Part shown: positions 10,062-20,185 of the stretch, piece after piece
How positions within the stretch are numbered: the first letter of the stretch is position 1
Layout: each line of letters opens with the position of its first letter
Assembly: GCA_963785725.1 (NCBI GenBank)
Contig: CAWAWS010000033.1
Span: forward strand, 128,001-192,000
Direction of reading: 5' to 3'
Length of the DNA: 64,000 bases
Origin: an uncultured delta proteobacterium
Lineage (GTDB): Bacteria > Myxococcota_A > Polyangia > Palsa-1104
Made by a program: the position numbers and the translations under genes
Notes under the pieces: model-generated
What the model was told of the DNA's origin: nothing
The model's database searches: none
The model's input: the letters and a program-made list of their open reading frames with translations, nothing else

Positions 10062-11852
10062 TTGCGTATTCGGCTAATGCAAATGGGTAACGCGAAGTAC
10101 GAAATGCCACCGAGAGAAACCGAAGCGCTGACGTTCGGGCGCTACGAGCTCACGCGCAAGCTGTCGCAAGGCGGCATGGCCGAGATCTTCTTGGCGCGCC
10201 AGAGCGGCATCGGCAACTTCGAGAAGCAGGTCGTCGTCAAGATCGTGCTGCCGCAGCTGGCCGAGGACGCCGATTACGAGGACATGCTGCGCGACGAAGC
10301 GCGCATGGCGGCGCGGCTGAATCATCCTAACATCGTGCAAATCCTGGACTTAGGGAAGCTCGATGGGCGCTTCTTCATCGCCATGGAGTATCTCGAAGGG
10401 CAGAACCTGCACTCGATCGCGCAGCGGGCCTTTCAGCTCAAGAAGCAGCTGCCGATCGGCTTCGTGTGCCGCGTCGTCGCCGATATCTTGAGCGGCCTCG
10501 AGCACGCCCACGCGCAGCTCGACGAGAACGGCAGCTCGCTCGGCATCATCCATCGCGACGTGTCGCCGCCGAACGTCATCGTCACCTGGGCGGGCACGAC
10601 CAAGATCGTCGACTTCGGCATCGCCAAGGCCACCCGCGCCGTCGACGGCAACGTCACCAACGCCGGGCAGTTCAAGGGCAAGCTCGGCTACATGTCGCCC
10701 GAGCAAGTGCGTCGCCAGCCGCTCGACGCGCGCACCGACATCTTCTCGACCGGCGTCATCTTGTGGGAGCTCATCACCGGCAAGCGGCTGTTTCGGCGCG
10801 CGGGCGATGTGGAGACGGTGCGCGCGGTGCTGGAGCAGGACGTATTGCCGCCGAGCGTGCACAACACCGAGTGTCCGCCCGAGCTGGATGCGATCGTGCT
10901 GCGCGCGCTGCAGCGGCCGACACAGGCGCGTTACGCGACGGCGCGGGCGATGCGCAAGGCGGTCGAAGAGCTGATCCGCGAGCAGGCGTGGCCGTCGGAC
11001 TCGCTGACGACGCAGCGTGTGCTCGGCGGGCTGTTCCGCGAGGAGCAGGCGTCGCGGCCGATTCGGCTGCGGCCGGTGCCGGTGGTGACGGACGAGCCGC
11101 TGTCGGAGGACAACGAGACGACGCGGCGGAACTTGCGCGCCGATCCGACCGAGCCCGATCCGGTGGTCATCGAGCTGACGGCGCCGTTCGAGCTGTCGCC
11201 GCCGGTGACGCCGAAGCCGTTCGCGTCGACGGGACGATTGACGGCGATGAAGCCGCGGCCGCCGGCGCTGTTTCGGCGGCGCTTTCCGATCGCGCTCGGC
11301 ATCGCCATCGGCTTGGCCGGCTGCGCGCTGGTGACGTCGGTCGGTCGGCGTGAGCCGTCGGCGGCGCTGTTGGCGCCGAGCGGATTCGCCGCCATGACGG
11401 CGACGAGCGTGACGCCCATCGGCGTGGCCGGCGCCGCGGAGGTCGCACCCGGGCTGGCGGTGCCGAGCGTGTCGGACACGACGACGACGACGACGAAGGT
11501 GGCCCACGCCAAAGTGCAGGTGCGCGTCGACGCCAAGGCGATCGTCAAGCTGGACGGCGCGACCATCGACGCCGATCAGCCGGTGGAAGTCGATATCACC
11601 GGGCATCATACGATTACGGTGCAGCGCGTCGGGCATCGCTCGGTGCGGACGATCGAGCTGCCGACGCTGGAGCCAGGGCAGCTGATGGTCGTCGGGCTCT
11701 ACTTGCGCGGGCAGCCGGACGCGCCGCGCGACGACGGCGCGACGGCGGCCGCGGCCACCGACGAGCCGCAGCCGCGCGCCGACGTCGCGGCCGAGCCGGC
11801 CGGCGGCGCGGTGGAAACGGCTGCGGCCACCGCCGGCTCCGTCGTCCGCTGA
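10062..11852 (+). CDS. Membrane Ser/Thr protein kinase (Pkn2-type) with C-terminal PEGA-like region
   Basis: GGMAEIF, VVVK, HRDVSPPN, DFGIAK, GKLGYMSPEQ; TM IALGIAIGLAGCALV; start may be 10077 or 10083. Confidence 0.92.
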   Translation: MRIRLMQMGNAKYEMPPRETEALTFGRYELTRKLSQGGMAEIFLARQSGIGNFEKQVVVKIVLPQLAEDADYEDMLRDEARMAARLNHPNIVQILDLGKLDGRFFIAMEYLEGQNLHSIAQRAFQLKKQLPIGFVCRVVADILSGLEHAHAQLDENGSSLGIIHRDVSPPNVIVTWAGTTKIVDFGIAKATRAVDGNVTNAGQFKGKLGYMSPEQVRRQPLDARTDIFSTGVILWELITGKRLFRRAGDVETVRAVLEQDVLPPSVHNTECPPELDAIVLRALQRPTQARYATARAMRKAVEELIREQAWPSDSLTTQRVLGGLFREEQASRPIRLRPVPVVTDEPLSEDNETTRRNLRADPTEPDPVVIELTAPFELSPPVTPKPFASTGRLTAMKPRPPALFRRRFPIALGIAIGLAGCALVTSVGRREPSAALLAPSGFAAMTATSVTPIGVAGAAEVAPGLAVPSVSDTTTTTTKVAHAKVQVRVDAKAIVKLDGATIDADQPVEVDITGHHTITVQRVGHRSVRTIELPTLEPGQLMVVGLYLRGQPDAPRDDGATAAAATDEPQPRADVAAEPAGGAVETAAATAGSVVR

Positions 11853-11865
11853 CCTCGCGTTACCG

Positions 11866-12023
11866 CAGGGCCGTTCTCAACTGGCGGACCGAGCCAAGCG
11901 CCGCGAGGAGTCGCGGCAGCGAGGCGCGAAGGGCGCAGCTACTGGCGCTAACTGAGCGATGAGAAACGAAGCAGACGCGGCCCGCAGCAAGCAGCTTGGC
12001 GACGGGAGCTGAACAGCTCCTAG
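11866..12023. repeat. Structured REP/MITE-like intergenic element (degenerate)
   Basis: Nested inverted repeats: gccgcga-ggag-tcgcggc, gccaagc...gcttggc, ggagctg-aa-cagctcc; imperfect terminal arms; lies between convergent genes. Confidence 0.4.
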
Positions 12024-12144
12024 CCTTTGACCGTCAGTAGCAACCACAGTCGCGCCACGCGACGAGCGATGCCCGCCTCTTCCACCGTTTCCACCTTGGG
12101 GCTGATGATGGTTCGCTGTCCGCGCGCGCCGAGACTATCGACGG

Positions 12145-13972
12145 TCAGCAGCTGCTGTTGGCGATGAGCGGACAGGGGTCGCAGGCGTCGCCGGTGCCGT
12201 CGCTGTCGGCGTCGGCTTGTTTGCCATTGTCGACGGGGCGGATGGGGTTGAACACGTGCGGGCAGTCGTCGCTGGCGTCGGGGATGCCGTCGCCGTCGCT
12301 GTCACTGGCCGACGGGACGCCGGTGTAGATCGTCGAGCCGTTGACCGACGCCGGCCGCGACGGCACGCACGTCGGCTCGCCGGTGGGCGTGCCACAGAAG
12401 AACGCGGCGTAGTCGTTGGCCGCCGTCTGCAGCGCGCTGTAGGTCGTGGCGACCTCGCTCTGCACGCAGGCGGCCTTGTTCGCGCCGCAAACGCTGACGG
12501 CGTCGCACGTCGTGCCGCCGAGCGCGGTGATGACGTCAGCGTCGCCGTACAACGGCGTGCCGGCGCGCATGACGAGGACGACGTCTTGCGGCTGCGCGCC
12601 GATGACCGCGCGATGATCGGCGCGCTGGCTGCCGTCGAAGATGGCGATGTCGCCGAATTTGCCGACGGCGAGCGAGCCCAACACGTCGTCGACGCCGGCG
12701 ACGGTCGCGGCGCGATCGGTGACCATGAGCCACAAGGACTCGTCGTTGAAGAAGCTGCCGAGGTACGTCTGGTTGAAGCTGTCGGCGCAGGAGAGCTCGC
12801 GCAACAGGTTCATCGAACCCGACGCCAGCCAGTCGCTGCCGAGCGCGATCGTGACGCCCAGCCGCGCCGCGACCGTCACCGGCGCCGTGTTGCCGTACAG
12901 CCGAATGTTCGAGCGCGGCGACCAAATGAGCTTGGTCTGCGCGCCCGCCATCGCCTGCCAGTCGCCGGCCTCGAGGGACGCGGCGTGGATGAACGAGCTC
13001 GTGGCGATCATCAGGTCGTCGGCGTTCGCCTTGCTCACGCAGAGGAACTCGTTGCGCGCCACGACGTCGACGCCCTCGCCGATGTGCGGCTCGTACGCCG
13101 GATAGCTCGCGGCCTCCGCTTCGGTCTCTTCGGTGCTGCCGTAGGCGCAACCCGAGGTCAGCTGAATTCCCGAGGAGTCATCGAGCGGGAAGGTGTCGAA
13201 GTCGACGTAGTGCGCGGTGCCCGAGCGTCGGCCGAGTCGGCGGCAATGTCGAGGTTGCGCACGAGACCGGCGGCGCCGCCCGAGCCGACCGTCGACGTCG
13301 CGCCGCCCATGAGAAAGCGCAGCTCGCCCCATTCGATCTGCGCGGCGGTGGCGCCGCCGGGCACGGTGATCTTCGGTGTGGCCGCGCAGGCCTTCGCGCC
13401 AGTCGTGGCGCTGCTCGTAGCGCTCGCCGGTGTCCGGCCGCCGGCGAATCTTGCGTATAGGTGATGTGATCGTGCGGGTTGATGAGGCCGGGCGACACGA
13501 CGCCGGTGGGACAGTCGATCGTCGTCGCGCCGGCGCGCCATGGCCGAGCAGTCGCAGCCGACGCAGCTGATCTTGCCGGTCGTGTCGACGAGGACTTGGC
13601 CGCCGCGCATAGACCTGACCGGGCGTCAGGATCGTGCCGGTGATGAGGCGCGCGGCGCTGCCAGCGGTAACGGCGCACGTGCCGGACGCCAAGCGGCGGC
13701 GCGCTGGCCGCCGGACACATCGTGACGACGGGCGGGCTGCCGCCGGGCGGGCCCATGTCGACCGTGCCGCCGCCGCCGGCGCTGCCGCGGCCGCCGGCCG
13801 TGCCGCTGCCGCCGGCCGTGCCGCTGCCGCCGGCCGTGCCGCTGCCGCCGCCGTTGCCGCCGGTGCCGGTGCCACCGGCGGTGCCGCTGCCGCCGCCCGT
13901 GCCGTTCGAGCTCGCCGGACCACAGCCCACAAAAAGCAGCACTCCCAAGGACAGCCACATGGATGAACGCAT
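12145..13972 (-). CDS. Secreted lipoprotein amidohydrolase with C-terminal thrombospondin type-3-like repeats; at least 6 frameshifts between 13220 and 13695
   Basis: Lipobox LFVGC, Gly-rich linker, SPGLINPHDH (HxH), PHIGEG, IWSPRSN, ALGSDW, GSLAVGKFGDIAIFD, DSDGDGIPDASDDCP, QADADSDGTGDACDPCP; protein pieces alternate across three frames with no stops. Confidence 0.85.
13790..13905 (-). repeat. Coding tandem 18-bp repeat (GSGTAG-type linker)
   Basis: ccgccggccgtgccgctg units; translation GGSGTAGGSGTAGGSGTAGG. Confidence 0.85.
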
Positions 13973-14040
13973 TCGAAGCTGTATGTCGTGACCGCCATCG
14001 AGCCTTCGCGAAATGTTCATCTGTGACGGCATGGCAACAC

Positions 14041-14958
14041 CTAGCGGCACACGGCTTTGACTCGACCGATGGCGCCGAGCGGCACGTCGGCCGGGAAGCG
14101 CGTCAGCGTGACCGTGCGGCTGCCGGCGTCGGCGACGGTCGGAATCAGCGTGCCGTCGACGACCGCGCGGCCGCGATCGTAGAGCGCGACGCGACAATCG
14201 GCGCCGTCGCCCTCGACGTCGCGCGCCGGCACGACGAGCTGCACCGACGCGGCAACGCGCGCGAGCTCGGCGCCGGCCGCGACTGCTTCGCCGATGCGCG
14301 GCGGCGTGCCGACGACGATGCCGGCCGCCGGCGCGCGCACCACCGCGGCGTCGCGACTGTCGGCCACGGCGCGTTCGTAGGCCACGCGCGCCCGTTCGAT
14401 CGCCACTGCCGGCGCTGATGCCAGCTTGCCTGCCGCCGTCGATGCCGCCGCGCTCGCCGGCGCCGCTGCTGCCGCTGGGGCGGGCGCGGCCGGGCTCGAC
14501 TCGTCGTACTGCTCGAGCAGCGCGTCGAGCTCGGCCAGACGTCGTGCCGGCTCGGGATCGGCGCGGCCGAGCGTCACGAGCGCCGAGCCGCGCGCAACCG
14601 GGGTTCCGCGCGCGATGGCTCGCCGCACCTGGCCGGCGGTCGCATCGGTCGCGCGCACCGTGGTGACGTCCACCGCTTCGAGCACCGCCGCCAAATCAGC
14701 AGCGCTCGACGAGGCGACGAGCACGAGCGGAGCCAATCGAATCGGGACGCGTGGACCATTCGTCGTTGAAGACGGTGCGCGCGCCCAGCCGACGAAGCCG
14801 GCCATCGAGCTGGCGGCAGCGACGACGATGGCGGCGGAGAATGCGTACGTTCGTCGTCGTCGCGGTCGATCGGGCGCGACCAGCGGCAGCGACGGACGCC
14901 AAAAGACGGTCGTCTCGCCTTCGTGCACCACTTCGTGCGGATTTGGCTCGCGTTTCAT
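14041..14958 (-). CDS. HlyD/membrane-fusion-like protein (biotinyl-lipoyl halves flanking a helical hairpin)
   Basis: N-terminal TM, VRATDATAGQV..GTPVARGSALV and VRAPAAGIVV...IGEAVAAGAELARV. Confidence 0.55.
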   Translation of the reverse strand: MKREPNPHEVVHEGETTVFWRPSLPLVAPDRPRRRRTYAFSAAIVVAAASSMAGFVGWARAPSSTTNGPRVPIRLAPLVLVASSSAADLAAVLEAVDVTTVRATDATAGQVRRAIARGTPVARGSALVTLGRADPEPARRLAELDALLEQYDESSPAAPAPAAAAAPASAAASTAAGKLASAPAVAIERARVAYERAVADSRDAAVVRAPAAGIVVGTPPRIGEAVAAGAELARVAASVQLVVPARDVEGDGADCRVALYDRGRAVVDGTLIPTVADAGSRTVTLTRFPADVPLGAIGRVKAVCR

Positions 14959-15024
14959 GACGCTGGTGAGATACGAGCGCCGCGAAAAAACCTTGCACGA
15001 AAAATCGAAAAAAGAGCGGGCGGG

Positions 15025-17079
15025 CTATTTTGTCGTCGCTGTGTGCACGCCATTCCAATCGGGCGGCGGCGGATCGTCGCGCAAGAGGAGACAGCGTTCG
15101 CGCAGATGCCTGCTCGGCGGATCGTCGGTCGCCGCGTCGAGCATCGCGAGCGCGGCCGCAAAATCGCGGGCGAAGTAGGCGTCGAGCGCCGCTTCGTAGC
15201 GGCGGGCGCGCGCGACGTTTGGCGCATCGGCGGCGTAGCCGAGGAGCTCGAAGACCTCGACGCCTTGCGACTTGCCTTTGACGGCGACGCGATCGAGCCG
15301 CCGCAACGCGAATTCGTCGCCGATCGCGGCCGCGACGGCGCCGCTGACGAGGATGGTCGTGCCGTACTGTTTGTTGAGCGCTTCCAAGCGGGCGGCGAGG
15401 TTCACGCCGTCGCCGAGCGCGGTGTAGCTAAAGCGCTCGGGCGCGCCGAAGTGGCCGACCATGACCTCGCCGCTGTGAATGCCGAAGCGCGTGTGCAAGG
15501 GCGGCATGCCGGACCACTCGGGCGAGGCGAACAGCGCGCGGCCGGCGTCGAGGCAGGCGAGCGCGGCGCGACAGGCGCGCGCCGGATGGTCGGCGCAAGC
15601 GGTGGGCGCGTTCCACAGCACCATGAGCGCGTCACCGATGTATTTGTCGACGGTGCCGCCGGTCGCCGTGACCGCCGCCGTCATGGCTGCGAAGTAGTGG
15701 CCGAGCAGCTGCGCCAAGCGCTCGGGCGGCAGCGTCTCGGCGAAGCTGGTGAAGCCTTCGACGTCGGTGAAGAGCAACGTCACGAGGCGCAGCTCGCCGC
15801 CCAGCTTCGGCTCGCGATTGTCGGCATAGAGGCGGCGCACGAGATCGACCGGCGCGTAGCGAGCCAAGCCGCGCAAGGCCGTCTTCGCGCGCTCGAGATC
15901 GACCAAGACGGCGCGAATGTCGGCGAAGGCGCTCGTCGCGGTCGACGGCTCGAACTCGAAGCGGCGCATGCGCTCCGACTCGGCGACGACGCGCTCGAGT
16001 CCGCGCCGGGCGGCCGCCGCCGCGAACGCCAGGAGCATGCCGACGAGGCACAACAAGAGCGCCGCGGCGACGGAGACGAGCTGCCGCACGCGACGGGGCG
16101 CGGCCAAATAATAGTCCTCGGGGCCGATGACGCCGACGCGCCAGTCTTGCGTGTCGGGGAGCGAGGCGAAGCTGACCAAGTAGCGCATGCCGTCGCTGGT
16201 GACGACCGCCGGCCCGTCGTCGCCGCGCGCCAATGCGGCGGCTACTTCGAGCGGGACGTCGGCGGGCGCGATGCGGAGCGCCTCGTCGCCCTGCTCGCGC
16301 AGCCGATCGCGCGCATGAAAACGCGTCACCAAGCGGCCCTGGTCGTCGGCCAAGAAGACGCGAAAGGGATCGTGCTCGTCGTCGTCGTGCACGCGAATGC
16401 GAGCGATGGCCTCGTCGAGCTGCGGCTCGAGCAGCGCCACGCGCAAGACGCCGACGAGCTGGTCGCCGTCGCGAATCGCGCGCAGCACGTGCACGACCAC
16501 GCGCCGCTTGGCTTCCGGCAGCTCGTCGTCGAGCATGGAGTAGCTGAGATCGCTCCAGATCAGCCGATCGCCGAGCCGCGGATTGGACAGCGTCTCGTAG
16601 GTCGTCTGCGTGCGCGGATCGGGCGCGGACGCGCTCGCCGCCGGGCCGCCGCAATGGCGCGTTCGCGTCCAACCGCTCGCCGCTCGTACGGTTTCGCCGC
16701 TGCAGGGCAACGCGCGGCCGGCTTCGCGATAGACCGACGCCTGCCAGCCGGCGGCGCTCGTGAACGTGGCCTCGGCAAGCGCGTCGTCGGCGGCGATGCT
16801 GCCGAGCAGGCAGTCGCGCGCCGCGCCCACGTCGTCGAGCCGGCAGACGCCGACCGAGCGCCGATGCTCGACGTCGGACACGACGCGGCGCAGTCGATCG
16901 AGCCAATGATCGACGAGATCTTGCGCGCGTGATGCCGTCGCCGCTTGCAGCGTCGCGGCCGCGGCGCCGAGCGAGCGCTCCCATTGCGACAACAGCACCC
17001 ACACCAAGCCGGCGATGATGAGGCCGGTGCCCAACAGGCCTGCCGCCATGGCGCGTGTCAACGTCAGCCGCGGTCGCAT
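15025..17079 (-). CDS. Class III adenylate/guanylate cyclase with extracytoplasmic Cache-like sensor
   Basis: Two TMs; [60 protein letters not shown]; the K in DKYIG suggests ATP specificity. Confidence 0.92.
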   Translation of the reverse strand: MRPRLTLTRAMAAGLLGTGLIIAGLVWVLLSQWERSLGAAAATLQAATASRAQDLVDHWLDRLRRVVSDVEHRRSVGVCRLDDVGAARDCLLGSIAADDALAEATFTSAAGWQASVYREAGRALPCSGETVRAASGWTRTRHCGGPAASASAPDPRTQTTYETLSNPRLGDRLIWSDLSYSMLDDELPEAKRRVVVHVLRAIRDGDQLVGVLRVALLEPQLDEAIARIRVHDDDEHDPFRVFLADDQGRLVTRFHARDRLREQGDEALRIAPADVPLEVAAALARGDDGPAVVTSDGMRYLVSFASLPDTQDWRVGVIGPEDYYLAAPRRVRQLVSVAAALLLCLVGMLLAFAAAAARRGLERVVAESERMRRFEFEPSTATSAFADIRAVLVDLERAKTALRGLARYAPVDLVRRLYADNREPKLGGELRLVTLLFTDVEGFTSFAETLPPERLAQLLGHYFAAMTAAVTATGGTVDKYIGDALMVLWNAPTACADHPARACRAALACLDAGRALFASPEWSGMPPLHTRFGIHSGEVMVGHFGAPERFSYTALGDGVNLAARLEALNKQYGTTILVSGAVAAAIGDEFALRRLDRVAVKGKSQGVEVFELLGYAADAPNVARARRYEAALDAYFARDFAAALAMLDAATDDPPSRHLRERCLLLRDDPPPPDWNGVHTATTK

Positions 17080-17098
17080 CGCCTTCTATTATTACTAC

Positions 17099-17123
17099 TA
17101 CGCCCGAGGCGGCGCTTCGTTAC
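17099..17123 (-). promoter_or_regulatory. Putative ECF (SigF/EcfF-type) promoter for the cyclase gene
   Basis: Minus strand GTAACG-N15-CGTA ending about 20 nt upstream of ATG 17079. Confidence 0.55.
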
Positions 17124-17130
17124 GGCCGGC

Positions 17131-17156
17131 GTAACCGAAATGACGCGAGCGACGTA
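17131..17156 (+). promoter_or_regulatory. Putative autoregulatory ECF promoter
   Basis: GTAACC-N16-CGTA immediately upstream of the ECF sigma gene. Confidence 0.65.
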
Positions 17157-17166
17157 TACCCGACGA

Positions 17167-17841
17167 ATGGAGATGCAGCTGCAGCCGCGGCGCTGGCCGT
17201 CACGCGTGCGGTTGGCGTTCCCCAAGCGATCCGCTATGGTCGGGTCTCGAGGTGAGCGTCTGACCGGCGACGATGAGAACACGGCCGCAGCGGCCTGGAT
17301 GGCGCGCTATTGCGATGGCGACGCCGCCGCGTTCGACGCCCTGTACGAGCTGGTCGCGCCGCGCCTGCTCGGCTATCTCACCAGTCTCATTGGCGAGCGT
17401 GCCGCGGCCGAGGATCTGTTGCAGCTGACGTTCATGAAGCTCCACGAGGCGCGCGCCTTGTATGTCCGTGACGCCGATCCGGTGCCGTGGCTCTACACCA
17501 TCGCCCATCGCACGTTCCTCGACGAGGCGCGGCGACGGAAACGGGCGCGCGTGCGCTTGACGGAGGATGGTCAGCAGGCCGAGGTCGAGCACGCCGATCT
17601 GTCGGGCGCGCGCGAGCACGGCGAGCCCGAAGCCGATCCCGAGCTGACGCAGCTGACGCTGGCGGCGCTGGCGCAGCTGCCGTCGAGCCAGCGGGAAGCG
17701 TTGGTGCTGACGAAGCTGCACGGTCGCAGCCACGCCGAAGCGGCGGCGATCGTCGGCACGACGCCGTCGGCCATCAAGCTGCGGGCGCATCGCGCGTACG
17801 TGGCGTTGCGGCGCATTCTCGGCCGCGCGGGGAAATCGTGA
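17167..17841 (+). CDS. ECF sigma-70 factor
   Basis: [54 protein letters not shown]...[10 protein letters not shown]; start 17167, 17173 or 17236. Confidence 0.92.
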   Translation: MEMQLQPRRWPSRVRLAFPKRSAMVGSRGERLTGDDENTAAAAWMARYCDGDAAAFDALYELVAPRLLGYLTSLIGERAAAEDLLQLTFMKLHEARALYVRDADPVPWLYTIAHRTFLDEARRRKRARVRLTEDGQQAEVEHADLSGAREHGEPEADPELTQLTLAALAQLPSSQREALVLTKLHGRSHAEAAAIVGTTPSAIKLRAHRAYVALRRILGRAGKS

Positions 17842-18524
17842 GCGGGCCCGACATGCCCGAGCTGCCGACGCCGCCGCCGCCATCACCGGCGCTGCGGGCC
17901 ATCGTCGCGGGCGCGCAGCCGGTGCGGCTGCGACGACCGTTGCGCGCGTTCGCGCTGCTGGTCGGCGCCTCGCTGGTCTATTTGGCGCTGTGGCTGACGC
18001 GCTTTCACCATCGCCGCGATCTCGGCTATCTGCCGTTCGCGTGGTGGCTGATGCTCGGCGTCGCCTGGATCGGCGGCTTCGTCCTGCCGTTGGCGATGGC
18101 CGTCCTGCCGCGGCGGGGCGCCGTGTTGCCCGACGGCGCGCGCGCCAGCACGTCGTCGTTCGCGGTCGCGGCCGGGCTGCTCGTGCTCGCCTTCGCGTTC
18201 ACGCCGACGGCGCCGCCGCACACCTATATCCCCGTCGGCATGACCGATTCGATGGCGATGATCCGGCACTGCATGTCGTTCGGCCTGGCCTTCGCGATCG
18301 GTCCGCTGGCGATCGGCTTATTGGCGCTGCGGCCGCTCTTGATGGTCGGTGGCGCGCGGCTGATGGGCGCGGTCGGCGCCGCCGCCGGCGCGCTCGGCGG
18401 CTTCATGTTGCACGTCATCTGCCCCATGGGCGGCGCGATACACGTCGGCTTCGGTCACGGCGGTGTCGTCGTCGTGGCGGGCCTCATCGGCGCCGCGATC
18501 GGCTACGTCGTCGGCCGTCGCTAG
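17838..18524 (+). CDS. NrsF/DUF1109-like membrane anti-sigma factor
   Basis: GTGA overlap with the sigma stop codon; about 6 TMs; HCMSFG and LHVICP..IHVGFGH Cys/His motifs. Confidence 0.8.
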   Translation: MSGPDMPELPTPPPPSPALRAIVAGAQPVRLRRPLRAFALLVGASLVYLALWLTRFHHRRDLGYLPFAWWLMLGVAWIGGFVLPLAMAVLPRRGAVLPDGARASTSSFAVAAGLLVLAFAFTPTAPPHTYIPVGMTDSMAMIRHCMSFGLAFAIGPLAIGLLALRPLLMVGGARLMGAVGAAAGALGGFMLHVICPMGGAIHVGFGHGGVVVVAGLIGAAIGYVVGRR

Positions 18525-18527
18525 GGA

Positions 18528-18938
18528 TTACGCGAGCAGACGGGCGGAGGGCTGCGTGGCCGCGACCAGCTGACGCAGCTTCTGCGCGCTGCGCGTGAAG
18601 TGGCGATCGGGCACGAAGATGCTGTCGAACGCCTCGGTCTCGTCTTCGGTCGGCTCTTCGTCGCGGCCGAGCACGAGCACGAGATGCGGCGCCGACAGCT
18701 GATACGCGCGGCGCAACGCCAACCGGCGCAGCTCGTTGTCACCGAGGCAGCCGCGCTCGACGACGGCCACGCGCGGCGTGCGGCGCAAGAAGTCGTCCTT
18801 CGTGCGCGCCATCGCCAGCGGCACGCGCGGCCCACCGGCGTGCAGCAGCGACAGCACCAGCGCGGTCGGGCTCACCAAAACGGAAGCATCAGGAGGCATC
18901 GGTCGAGAGGCGATCATGGTGACTCGCGTCCAATACAC
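18528..18938 (-). CDS. Hypothetical protein (possibly degenerate receiver-like fold)
   Basis: 136-aa ORF with alternating beta/alpha pattern (PRVAVVE, PHLVLVLG); start uncertain. Confidence 0.5.
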   Translation of the reverse strand: MYWTRVTMIASRPMPPDASVLVSPTALVLSLLHAGGPRVPLAMARTKDDFLRRTPRVAVVERGCLGDNELRRLALRRAYQLSAPHLVLVLGRDEEPTEDETEAFDSIFVPDRHFTRSAQKLRQLVAATQPSARLLA

Positions 18939-19084
18939 ATTCTATGCCGCGCTGTGTCGACTGAGCCGCAAGGGTTTCGCGCGCCGTGGAGTTTCCGAAA
19001 AGACTACGAATGTGGGGACAGTGGCCACTCACGCATTCACGTGACCAGCTGATGAACCAATCGGCCAACTAGTCGAAAGCCGTG

Positions 19085-20128
19085 CTAGTTCGCTTCTTTG
19101 AGCTTCGCCAGCGTCTTGGTCAGGCGCTTCTTGGTGGGGTCATCTTTCGCCAGCGTCAGCGCCTTCGAGAAGGCGTCGGTCGCCGACTTGCGGTCGTTCT
19201 TGGCCAAGAAGGCGTCGCCCAAGCTGTCGTACGTGTTCCCCGACTCGGGATGCTGCTTCACGTTGAGCTGGAAGATGGCGATGGCGTCGTCGATGCGCTT
19301 CTCGCCGAGCAGACCGTAGCCGTAGTTGTTGAGCTCGTTCTCGTTGGCGACTTTGGTGGCCTTGTCGCGCAGCGTGGCCGCGAGCTTGGCGTTGCCCTTC
19401 TTGTCGGCGACCTCGGAGCTGGCGTAGAGGGTGGTGAAGTTCTCGTTCATCTTGAGGCCGCGGTCGGCGAAGCGCTGCGCCTCGTCGAGCTTGCCGCCGT
19501 GCGTGGCCCAATAGTCGGCCGCCTGCGCCCAGGCGCGCCAGCCGAACTGCGCCTCGCCGCGCAGCTCCGCGCGCATGCTCGTCATCACCACCGCCGGCGT
19601 GTCGATCTCGACGGCGAACGGCACTTTGAGCTTCTCCCAATGCAGCGTCACCGTCACCGAATGATCGGTCGGATCGTCGAAGGTGTAGGCCAGCCGCTCG
19701 ACGGAATCGCTCGTCGTCGTAGGCGTTACCGTGGTGCGCAAGGCGTCCTCTTTGACGTCGTAGCTGTAGCTGCCCCAGCCGACGGAGAGCGTGTTGAAGA
19801 TGATGGTCCAGCTCTTCGCCGTCGGGATCATGTGCAGGCCGTAGATGCCGGCGGCGAGCGGCTTGCCACCGATCTTGACCGGCGTCGAGAACTTGATGGT
19901 CGTGTTCTCGTTGGCGCCGGCGCGCCAGACTTCGCCGAAGGGCACGAGATCGCCCCATACTTTGCGGCCGTTGATCGCCGGTCGGTGGTAGCTGATGGCG
20001 ATGTCGGTGAGGCCGACGGTTTGGCTGACGCTCGCGGCCGGGCTCGCTTGCGGAGTCTTGAGCCCTTCTTGAGCGACGGCGGCAGAGCCTAGTGCGACAA
20101 CACTTATGATCGACATGAGGATGCGCAT
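19085..20128 (-). CDS. Secreted DUF2911-domain protein with C-terminal TPR
   Basis: PQASPAASVSQTVGLTDIAISYHRP..GRKVWGDLVPFGEVWRAGANENT; LNNYGY..NTYDSLGDA TPR. Confidence 0.88.
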   Translation of the reverse strand: MRILMSIISVVALGSAAVAQEGLKTPQASPAASVSQTVGLTDIAISYHRPAINGRKVWGDLVPFGEVWRAGANENTTIKFSTPVKIGGKPLAAGIYGLHMIPTAKSWTIIFNTLSVGWGSYSYDVKEDALRTTVTPTTTSDSVERLAYTFDDPTDHSVTVTLHWEKLKVPFAVEIDTPAVVMTSMRAELRGEAQFGWRAWAQAADYWATHGGKLDEAQRFADRGLKMNENFTTLYASSEVADKKGNAKLAATLRDKATKVANENELNNYGYGLLGEKRIDDAIAIFQLNVKQHPESGNTYDSLGDAFLAKNDRKSATDAFSKALTLAKDDPTKKRLTKTLAKLKEAN

Positions 20129-20185
20129 GCGCGAAATGCAAACACCGCGCGCAAGAAGCGTCAAGCCGGCGAGGCTAAACAGTCT

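Noticed and set aside
12021..12095. Small minus-strand ORF METVEEAGIARRVARLWLLLTVKG
   Set aside because: 24 codons, no clear RBS, no recognisable motif.
14985..15013. A-tracts between the cyclase and HlyD-like genes as an intrinsic terminator
   Set aside because: U-runs on the minus strand lack a convincing preceding stem.
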